From IMG/VR virus record IMGVR_UViG_3300007511_000019: 64,000 nucleotides of DNA. One strand, 5' to 3'. This document shows positions 18,261 through 25,894 of the stretch, in pieces. Positions within the stretch are counted from its first letter, which is position 1, and each line of letters starts with the position of its first letter. Under the pieces are notes generated by a model. That model made no database searches, had not been told where the DNA came from, and saw only the letters and a list, made by a program, of their open reading frames with translations. This DNA is from a virus. Both the position numbers and the translations under genes were made by a program.

Positions 18261-18294
18261 AGGGCTTAGCTCGGATGCTAAGCCCTCTTTTATT
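18261..18294 (+). terminator. rho-independent terminator
   Basis: Perfect 10-bp stem (AGGGCTTAGC / GCTAAGCCCT) with a 6-nt loop, followed by CTTTTATT. Confidence 0.7.
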
Positions 18295-18302
18295 GCCGTC
18301 AG

Positions 18303-18638
18303 ATGATGGAGGCTTTCATGCAAAGCCAGCGAAGTGTCGAGGTCGGGCCAGACTACCTGGATGTGGACGTCCGACAACTTGTCTTACACTGGAATAGTCA
18401 CATCCATACGTTTGGGTTCGATGTGATATACGTCAACAGCAATGACAACATTTCAGTTAAGCAAGGCGGACTTTACCGCAACGAAATCCCGACACTCTGT
18501 GAACTGGGCAGACGGGTACTTGACTTCTTCCCGTATGGCTTCTTCCCCCCTGAGATTGCAAGCCAGCTCGCGGCCATACGTGCCGAATCTACGTCGCTTA
18601 ACAGACGATCGCGACCACTGGCCGCGTTCATGAGTTAG
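18303..18638 (+). CDS. hypothetical protein
   Basis: ORF of 111 aa that sits between two terminators. Confidence 0.3.
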   Translation: MMEAFMQSQRSVEVGPDYLDVDVRQLVLHWNSHIHTFGFDVIYVNSNDNISVKQGGLYRNEIPTLCELGRRVLDFFPYGFFPPEIASQLAAIRAESTSLNRRSRPLAAFMS

Positions 18639-18660
18639 GCTGCGAGAAGTCACACTAGTG

Positions 18661-18689
18661 GGTCCCGACGAAAGTCGGGGCCTTTTTTT
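18661..18689 (+). terminator. rho-independent terminator whose U-tract is part of the conserved TTTTTTTAGCTATCAG motif
   Basis: Stem CCCGAC / GTCGGG with a GAAA loop and a 7-T run. Confidence 0.65.
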
Positions 18690-18711
18690 AGCTATCAGGG
18701 CCTGCTAGAAT
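18683..18711 (+). promoter_or_regulatory. conserved motif TTTTTTTAGCTATCAG followed 7 nt later by TAGAAT (copy 1)
   Basis: Identical 16-mers occur at 18683, 21930 and 62103. Here TAGAAT is at 18706-18711 and the ATG is at 18730. Confidence 0.5.
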
Positions 18712-18729
18712 CTTTGGGAGGAGATCCTT

Positions 18730-20509
18730 ATGCCCAATATCTTGCTGCCTGAACTCAGCACTGACGCCGAAGAGATGTCTATGCTCGGATTCCCGATCGG
18801 GAATTTGGAGAAGGTATCATCACCCCTAACAGGGGGTTTGTGGCCAGAACTTCTTTCGTATCTTCCCGTTCGGGAAAATCGCCTCCATGGGGAAATTCAC
18901 GAAAAGAGGGGTGAAGACGCGAAAGGCATTCCAGACCGAAAGTACTATGGCGACCTATCTAGAGTTTCTCCGCAGTTACTGGACTTCGTTATCCAACGGC
19001 ATCTTGCCGAGAGAGCTGGCCCTCACTTTGATTTCCGATTCGGAGACCCCAAAGGGCTCTTCTCCTGGGCAACCAGAAAACCGATGCCCGGCATTGGCGG
19101 ACGAACCGCCCTATTCCAGCAGCCCATGCACTCCTACAAGTACAAAGATTGGGAGGGCACAATTCCTAGCGGACGCTATGGGGCTGGACGGGTTAAGAAA
19201 CAAGAGGATGGCAAACTTCTCATTACCAAAGCCAGTCCGGAATCTATCCACTTCACCATGGCCCACAAGAAGCACCCGCAACGCTTCGTGATGATCAAAC
19301 CGAAGGGCTGGAAAGATAAAGACTGGTTGCTTATCAACAAGACCCCGACTGAGCAATTGCCGTACGAGAAAGTACGGTACAAAAAGATTCCAGCGGAGCA
19401 GGTCGACAAGTACATCGGCCAAATGCAAAAAGGCGATACTCTGGAGGCAAAGGTTGACGGGGCCTCCTCGCTGATTAAACTAATGAAAGAGGGCGTCGAG
19501 GTGATGTCCTACCGTACGTCCAAGGAAACGGGCCGACCGATACTTCACACAGAAAGATTGCTTCATGGTCTCCCCGCTTACAACATCCCAGACGACCTGG
19601 TTGGCACGGTACTTAAAGGCGAACTCTACGGAGTGCGACCTGGAGGATCCGGAGATGGTGATGGCTCCGCTGACAAGGGAGACCCTCTACGCGGCCATGT
19701 TGCTGATGAACCTCAGCTGGCGGAAGGGAGCTTTGAACCTGACGGAGGGCGAGAAAGAGATACTCGAGTTTCAGAGAGAGCAGACCAGGAGGATGTTCCC
19801 GGAACTGTTAGGCCCCAAGACGACGGACTCGGAGAATATCTTCAAGAGGCTCTTTCCGCCGGTACCGGTAGACCAACTCAGCGAGAGCGAGTACTCCGCC
19901 CTCAAGAACTTGGAGGACTGCTCAACTCCTCCGTCGCCAAATCAATCCAAGACCAGCGAGAGCGACAAGTAAAACTCAGAAATGCCGTTTACGATATCCA
20001 ACAGCTAGGCAACAAACCAATCGACTGGCATGTGACTCCCCGGCTCGAGCGTAGGGATATGATTCGAAAAGTTCTTGAGCACCTACCGCCCGAGACGTTT
20101 CACATCTCAGAAGCCGCAGAGACGCCCGAAGCCGCCCAGAGACTCTGGCAACAAATACAGTCTGGTGAGCACCCGATTACTCGAGAGGGTGTAGTCATGC
20201 ATCCGCTACACGGTCCCCCCACGAAAGGAAAAATTTTAGAAGACGTAGACGTGTATTATCGCCAAGCATTTCCGGGCAAAGGTAAACACGAAGGATCGGG
20301 TGCTGGCGGCTTCGAATACTCACTCACACCTGACGGGCCTATAATTGGTAAGGTAGGAACAGGTTTCACGGACGAGTTACGCAGGTCCCTTTTCGAGAAC
20401 GATCAAGACTATGCCGGAAGGATTGCACGAATCCAATCGCAAGAACAGCTTCCTAGCGGAGCTTATCGAGCACCGAGCTTTCTGGCTTTTCACGAGGATC
20501 AACCTTATG
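18730..20509 (+). CDS. LigD-type 3'-phosphoesterase domain fused to an ATP-dependent polynucleotide ligase (no in-frame stop, so the 3' end is uncertain; the tracker ORF runs to 21927)
   Basis: PE domain: GPHFDFRFGDPKGLFSWATRKPMPG...DWEGTIPSGRYGAGRV matches the LigD phosphoesterase signature. Ligase motifs: I is KVDGAS, III is LKGELYG, IIIa is AVYDI, IV is EGVVMH, plus an OB fold (GKVGTGFTDE...RAPSFLAFHED). A low-complexity insert of about 110 aa lies between motifs III and IIIa. Confidence 0.6.
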
Positions 20510-21046
20510 CAACAACGAAACAGTCTAGGCAGGTTTCTGCAAGGACACAAATCCAGAACGACTCACGGACAAAGTGGAACGAAAACATACAAGGTGTGGG
20601 CGGGGATGAAACGCCGCTGCCTGGACCCAAAACGGCACAATTACAAACACTACGGAGGACGAGGCATAAAGATATGTGCAAGGTGGCGGGACTCCTTCGA
20701 GAACTTTCTGGAAGACATGGGAACGTGCCCAGACGGTTATTCGCTGGAGAGGGAGAACAACGACAAAGACTACTGTCCCACGAATTGCACTTGGATACCT
20801 CTCGAGAAACAGGCAGCAAACACTCGGAGCAACGTGTGCTTGACTTTTCGCGGCGAAACCAAGCATCTGACACAATGGGCGAGAGAGTCGGGAATCAGGC
20901 AGCAGACATTGACCAGGCGTCTTCAGCGAGGTTGGTCCGTGCAGCGTGCACTAACCGAGAAGCCAGTAGTAGGCAAAAATCAATTCTCGTCCAGCCAGAC
21001 CTCGGACTCACGTCTGAAAAACTCGCTGAACTCGGGATCGGAATAG
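20507..21046 (+). mobile_element. free-standing HNH/AP2-like homing-endonuclease gene with a C-terminal helix-turn-helix (+1 frame relative to the ligase ORF)
   Basis: YKVWAGMKRRCLDPKRHNYKHYGGRGIKICARWRDSFENFLEDMG...GYSLERENNDKDYCPTNCTWIPLEKQAAN is typical of phage HNH homing endonucleases, and LTQWARESGIRQQTLTRRLQRGWSVQRAL is an HTH tail. The ATG at 20507 coincides with the expected C-terminus of the ligase OB domain. Confidence 0.6.
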
Positions 21047-21049
21047 ATC

Positions 21050-21927
21050 CCGACGAGCACACAGCCCTGGAAAAAGAAGCCTCACTTGCTAGACTTCTGA
21101 CACTACCTGGCGTCAAGCACCTACTTCGCTGGCAGTCAAAGCTTGGTCGGAAGGCTAACGACTACTTGTGGAACAAACTGCTAACCGCAAATCGCCGAAC
21201 CGCGTTGGGCACCGCAGGCGTCGTAGGCGGTGCCGGTTACGGCGGCTACCGGATGGGCCAAGGCGACTGGCAAACTCCAGGCGACATTCTACACGACCCG
21301 ATCATCCAAAAGCCGCTGGAATGGTCTACAGTTATCCCGGAGAAATATAACATCCCATTGTGGACAGCAGCAGGTATTGCTGGTGGCCGTAGTGTGGGCC
21401 GTCACGCGGCCCAAGCCGCCGTAGGCAGTGCCAACGCGTTGCGGCGGCTAGTTACGATGCAGCCCTTATCGCAAGCGTTGTCTGGTCAAATCGGTAGTAC
21501 CCTTGGTGTTGCTGGGCCTATCTTAGGCGGTGCCAAAGGCGGCGTCGGAACCTACTACACTCACCGGGCAGTAGAGAAAGCCAGGGAAGCTGCTGAGCAG
21601 CCAACAGTACCTGAAGTCAAGCACAGCACAGATTCGCACTACCTGCGAGCCTTCTCCCAAGTAAACCCTGCACACCTTTACCGAGGCGACCAGTCTGCTC
21701 TGCGTAACGCTAGCAACTACATCAACGCCTTGTTAATACAGGGTCGGCAAAACGTCGCCAAAGCCTATAATACTGATAGCCTCAACCTGGCCTTGGCTCC
21801 GATGGGGCAACGTTGGCAACGAGCCTTGGCCAGTCTTGAGGGTTACGATCCCATCATGTCCAATCCCCTTGATCGGGTGTTGCACATGATGCCAGCAACC
21901 CCGCAGCTGAGTCGTCCGTACGTATGA
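21050..21927 (+). CDS. Gly/Ala-rich putative membrane/virion protein encoded by the 3' part of the 18730-21927 ORF (start undefined)
   Basis: Segments such as TAGVVGGAGYGG, AAGIAGGRSVG and GVAGPILGGAKGG resemble the downstream gene 21953-22792. There is no ATG near the 5' end, so an alternative start or continuation of an upstream exon is possible. Confidence 0.3.
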
Positions 21928-21929
21928 CC

Positions 21930-21945
21930 TTTTTTTAGCTATCAG
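21930..21945 (+). promoter_or_regulatory. conserved motif TTTTTTTAGCTATCAG (copy 2), directly after the stop at 21927
   Basis: Exact 16-mer. There is no clear upstream hairpin and no TAGAAT downstream (the ATG is at 21953). Confidence 0.4.
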
Positions 21946-21952
21946 AGAAACC

Positions 21953-22792
21953 ATGGACCTACTGGAAAAGACTCGCGAGCTAATTGAATGGCAACGTGTG
22001 CCCGAGACGGCTGTGGCTCTCTTTAACGAGAAACGAGCCGAAATCCTTGAGGCGTTTGAAAAGGACGCCTACTCGCCCACGTTGCGTACTTTAGGCGAAT
22101 CCATGAATTTGTTGCCGGGCAAGTTTCCTGGCGGCATACCCAACGCCCCCTCCCCGTTGGCCTCAATGCTGGTCAGCGGCATGGCTGGCGGTGCTCTAGG
22201 CTACGGTCTGGGTACTGTTGGCGAAGCTGTCTTACCCAAGGAATGGAAACGTAGACGACTTCGCCGAACCCTCGCCCTACTGGGTGCCGGAGCCGGAATG
22301 GCTCCCGGAGCCGCCTGGGGCATGGTAAACATGGGGGATGATCGCAACTTCAACGACCCCTCGCTAATCACAGGACCGGCTTCTCCGTACCAGGGAGAGA
22401 AGACAGCGGTTCACGATGAGATCAAACAGTCCTATGATAATACAGGCCTGGAGGGTTCCTTTACACCGATCCCAGTTAACGAGTTCAACCAGATCATCTG
22501 GAAAGATCCTCGAGTGTCGCGACCTCTCTCACCGGCCGTTCAAGCTGCAGCCACCGGGCTTGTTACCGGAGCCGCTAATCTGCCGGGCCGACGTAATGTG
22601 AACTTTGTCACACCAATGGATATTGGACGTATGGCCGCAGGTATGGGCTCGGGTTACCTCTCTGGGGCCCTTGTCGGTAAAGCCCTCGGCACTATGATGG
22701 GAATGCCGCCGTCTACGCAGGACCGGCTAAAAAGTACCGGTATGTGGGCAGGTATGGTGGCTAATCTAGTTCCTATTGCCTTTGGAGGCTAA
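21953..22792 (+). CDS. Gly-rich putative membrane/virion protein
   Basis: The protein is 279 aa with GxxxG-rich hydrophobic segments. Confidence 0.4.
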   Translation: MDLLEKTRELIEWQRVPETAVALFNEKRAEILEAFEKDAYSPTLRTLGESMNLLPGKFPGGIPNAPSPLASMLVSGMAGGALGYGLGTVGEAVLPKEWKRRRLRRTLALLGAGAGMAPGAAWGMVNMGDDRNFNDPSLITGPASPYQGEKTAVHDEIKQSYDNTGLEGSFTPIPVNEFNQIIWKDPRVSRPLSPAVQAAATGLVTGAANLPGRRNVNFVTPMDIGRMAAGMGSGYLSGALVGKALGTMMGMPPSTQDRLKSTGMWAGMVANLVPIAFGG

Positions 22793-22793
22793 T

Positions 22794-23420
22794 GTGGCCA
22801 AGCGTTGCATCAAGATCTACGGGCTGACACGTACTTGCACCAACCTCACCATGCTGTTGCTACAGCGAAATTTCGATTGCACCGTCTGGTCGAACGAAGG
22901 TGACAGTTGGAAACACGGCAGAAACAAAATCGAGAACCGCAAGGTAAATCTACCTGAGCGTAACATGGTTGCAGAGGACATCCGCTTCGTTATCTGTACC
23001 AAACATCCATACACTTGGTTCTTCTCGCAGTTGCGTTGGGAGAACCGGCAAGGCGGATTTCGTCGGAATATGGACGACTTGCTCAAATACTCCAACACCT
23101 ATCAAGGGTGTCCGTTCAAAGCCTACAACGAACTCAACAAGCACTGGCTAACGCTTTCAGACGACCCAGCCATTTTGCAGCAAGTTACCCAGGAAGAACT
23201 GGAAGCAGACCAAGGCAAGGTATTAGCTCGCGTCGAAAAAGCATTCGACTTGCCCCGCCTTCATACAGATTGGCAGTTGGAGCACCGTAGTGTGCGGCCT
23301 AATCTGAAGCCGACTTCAGCTTACCAAAAACGGAATCAGCAGCTGTTGCCAGGGCAGAAAGCTTATGCGGACAGCAAGTTAGACCGCGAGACGTTACAAC
23401 TACTTGGCTACGAACTCTAG
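22794..23420 (+). CDS. hypothetical protein (GTG start with RBS GGAGGC; the tracker TTG start is at 22776)
   Basis: The N-terminus YGLTRTCTNLTML is Ser/Thr-rich and P-loop-like. Any resemblance to sulfotransferases is weak. Confidence 0.35.
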   Translation: MAKRCIKIYGLTRTCTNLTMLLLQRNFDCTVWSNEGDSWKHGRNKIENRKVNLPERNMVAEDIRFVICTKHPYTWFFSQLRWENRQGGFRRNMDDLLKYSNTYQGCPFKAYNELNKHWLTLSDDPAILQQVTQEELEADQGKVLARVEKAFDLPRLHTDWQLEHRSVRPNLKPTSAYQKRNQQLLPGQKAYADSKLDRETLQLLGYEL

Positions 23421-23446
23421 CGTACTTTCCCTCTGGAGGCTAGAAT
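23418..23446 (+). promoter_or_regulatory. candidate promoter TAGCGT-17 nt-TAGAAT
   Basis: It has the same TAGAAT hexamer and TAGC-type upstream element as the site at 8076-8104, and lies 43 nt before the ATG at 23489. Confidence 0.4.
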
Positions 23447-23488
23447 GTCTAAAGATAAAGTGCGGCAACCAACACACGAGGAAGACGG

Positions 23489-23953
23489 ATGACACATATT
23501 CTAGGTGGCAACACCCGGATGGCTATCCTTCGCTCAATGGACGGGAGAACCCAACTCCGGTTCTGGGCTGAGCGTGGCCTCATTTGCGTGGAGGACTCCC
23601 GCGATAACTCCTTCGAAACATTGTCAGTCAAGGAAGTATTGACACGTATGGCTGGTCTTAGCGATATGCTAGGCAACAAGACCACCTCCGACGAGTCGAT
23701 CATCGATAGTGCCTACCGCACGATGATTCAAAAGTACCTGGAAGACATGATCGACATCATCAAGCAGGCCCAGGAGCAGGGACAACCCACCGACGAGTCT
23801 GCCATTCGCGATCTTAATCGCCGACGAGCTAAGACGTTTACCTTACCTAACGGAGCCAAGGTAAGCCGCAACATCGCTTCGGCTGACGAAAACCGTTCTA
23901 GGAAGAAGGTAAAAGTACAGCCAAACGTTATTGACACTTCCGCTTTTGACTAA
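23489..23953 (+). CDS. hypothetical protein
   Basis: ORF of 154 aa. Confidence 0.4.
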   Translation: MTHILGGNTRMAILRSMDGRTQLRFWAERGLICVEDSRDNSFETLSVKEVLTRMAGLSDMLGNKTTSDESIIDSAYRTMIQKYLEDMIDIIKQAQEQGQPTDESAIRDLNRRRAKTFTLPNGAKVSRNIASADENRSRKKVKVQPNVIDTSAFD

Positions 23954-23961
23954 GGACCCAC

Positions 23962-24234
23962 ATGACCACTGCAACGATGCTCACCGTTATCGGCCAACGA
24001 CTACTCATTCGCCGCGATACTGCCCCAACAAAGAGCGAAGGCGGTATTCATCTACCCGAGCAGGTACGAGAGAAGCTGAGTGAGGGTAACGTAATCACCG
24101 CCGGTGCCAAGTGCGAACACGAATTTACCGAGGGCCAACGTGTGGTCTTCAACCCTTACTCGGGCGATACCGTCAAAATCGACGGAGAAGATTTGTTGGT
24201 CGTCCGCGAAGACGATATCCTACTGGCGTTCTAA
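23962..24234 (+). CDS. groES: co-chaperonin GroES (Cpn10) homolog
   Basis: The 90-aa protein matches GroES at IGQRLLIRRDTAPTKSEGGIHLPE, GNVITAGAK and GQRVVFNPYSGDTVKIDGEDLLVVREDDILLAF. An RBS (AAGGA) lies upstream. Confidence 0.75.
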   Translation: MTTATMLTVIGQRLLIRRDTAPTKSEGGIHLPEQVREKLSEGNVITAGAKCEHEFTEGQRVVFNPYSGDTVKIDGEDLLVVREDDILLAF

Positions 24235-24244
24235 GGAACCGAAC

Positions 24245-24637
24245 ATGTTGACGGAACGACAATCCTTTAAGGTGGCCTTTCTAAAGCGTTGTGCCGACGC
24301 AGGCCTGACGATCGAGGAAACGCACGGATGCGTCAAGGAAGCCCTGGACAGCATGAAACAGGCTGATGGCCTGTTCGGGGCTATCAATAGCTTGACGGCC
24401 AAGCCACTCAACACTGCATGGGACGTAGTTGGCGACACTGCGAAGACTCTCGGCAATATCGGTATTACTGGACTCGTGCTTGGCCCGCCTGCAGCAGGTG
24501 CAGGTGCAGGCTATCTAGCTTCTCGCCTTGGCGACGTTGACGACGACGACATCGAGGCTGCAAAGAAGAAAGAGTTGATCGAGGCCTACCGTATGCATGC
24601 GGAGAAGCTTCGTCGTAAACAGCAGGCTACGCTGTAA
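24245..24637 (+). CDS. hypothetical protein with a Gly-rich hydrophobic segment
   Basis: The start is at the internal ATG with RBS AAGGAACC. Confidence 0.4.
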   Translation: MLTERQSFKVAFLKRCADAGLTIEETHGCVKEALDSMKQADGLFGAINSLTAKPLNTAWDVVGDTAKTLGNIGITGLVLGPPAAGAGAGYLASRLGDVDDDDIEAAKKKELIEAYRMHAEKLRRKQQATL

Positions 24638-24642
24638 GACGC

Positions 24643-25116
24643 ATGAGCTTCTTAAAATTTCACGACCAGACCAATGGGAATGGTCGTGGGAACATCTACT
24701 ACCACCGTGCTGCTCAAGATGGTGCCCCGTTTCGTGGGCCAGCCGCCCCGCTTATGCGGGACGCGGAGTTCGAAGATCTTACGGAACAAGTATACGATTG
24801 CTACTCCGGAACTTTCGACACCTCCGACGCAACAATGACCCAGCACGGGCGAAGATACCACGAAATTCTAGAAGGAACCGCTATTAACTGGTTCCGGCTA
24901 TTATGCGAGCGACAGTACACTTGGACCGAAAAGACTGACGGACCGCCCAAAATGTACGTGTACATAGAGTGGGCGGAACCTTACAATGAATTGGCTCCGG
25001 AACGAGCGTCTGCTTCCGTCGGTACAAGAACACAAGTGGTCGAGAAGGAACGAAAGTATGACCAACCTAGCATTGGTTCTAAAAGCGTCCCGCCAATCCT
25101 CCGAGAAATCGGCTAA
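24643..25116 (+). CDS. hypothetical protein
   Basis: ORF of 157 aa. Confidence 0.4.
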   Translation: MSFLKFHDQTNGNGRGNIYYHRAAQDGAPFRGPAAPLMRDAEFEDLTEQVYDCYSGTFDTSDATMTQHGRRYHEILEGTAINWFRLLCERQYTWTEKTDGPPKMYVYIEWAEPYNELAPERASASVGTRTQVVEKERKYDQPSIGSKSVPPILREIG

Positions 25117-25894
25117 CCAACCTACCTTCTACGACGCTGTACAACACGTCACTGCTAAGGCTTTGCAACGTAAAGCTCTAGCTGGAGCAGGTACAGCGGC
25201 ACTAGCTGGTCTCGGTACTGGTGCAGGTCTACGAGGTATCCTCGGCCTGTTGGAAATGAGCAGGCAAGGTGCCCAGCCGCCCCAGGCTCAAGCCCCTACC
25301 GGTCAGATCGAGGTCCCGGTGGACGACGAGAAGATCGCTGCCTTGGCGGATTTCCTCAAAGGCGACTATGCCAAATCGACTTCTGGTGTGCCTTGGGCCA
25401 TTCCTGCCGCTGTTGGTGCCGGTGCTGCCGGAGCGTACGGTGGTTGGAAAGGTATCGACGCACTGCTCGAGCAAAGACGAAAAGGCGAACTAGAGGCTGA
25501 GCTTGAAAAAGCCAAGATGGACTACGAAGCTGCCTTGTCTGGCGACACCAAGTTAGCGGAAGACCTGGACGAACTCTACGACACAGTAGAGAAACAAGCT
25601 GTCTCCGCGTCAGACGCAGCAGGAACGGCTACAGGACTCTACGGAGTCTACGGCGGTACTTCAGCTTTGTTGGCCGCCATTATGGCTTACCAATACGGTA
25701 AGAAGCGACAACGCCGGTCCTTGCTTGAAGCGGCACAAGAGAAACGCCGCCGACAACGCTTTGCACGACAACCTGTGCCGATCCAAGTACGGCCAGTGCC
25801 TAAGCAGCATGAGCAGGACCCGCTGCAGGCAAGTAAGTCCCCGTTCCAGGCCGCACCTAGCTTGGACGAACAAGAAGATCAACTGGATAAGTAA
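25058..25894 (+). CDS. hypothetical Ala/Gly-rich membrane-associated protein with a charged C-terminus (start uncertain; the tracker start is 24986)
   Basis: An RBS (AAGGAA) precedes the ATG at 25058. It is TAATG-coupled to the RNAP gene at 25894. Confidence 0.35.
   Translation: MTNLALVLKASRQSSEKSANQPTFYDAVQHVTAKALQRKALAGAGTAALAGLGTGAGLRGILGLLEMSRQGAQPPQAQAPTGQIEVPVDDEKIAALADFLKGDYAKSTSGVPWAIPAAVGAGAAGAYGGWKGIDALLEQRRKGELEAELEKAKMDYEAALSGDTKLAEDLDELYDTVEKQAVSASDAAGTATGLYGVYGGTSALLAAIMAYQYGKKRQRRSLLEAAQEKRRRQRFARQPVPIQVRPVPKQHEQDPLQASKSPFQAAPSLDEQEDQLDK

Noticed and set aside
18887-19291. Alternative-frame + ORF inside the LigD-PE domain
   Set aside because: The PE-domain frame carries a strong family signature. 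This ORF is low-complexity and lacks an RBS.
20411-20506. 5' extension of the HNH ORF to 20411
   Set aside because: The family alignment begins near the ATG at 20507. The extension overlaps the ligase OB domain.
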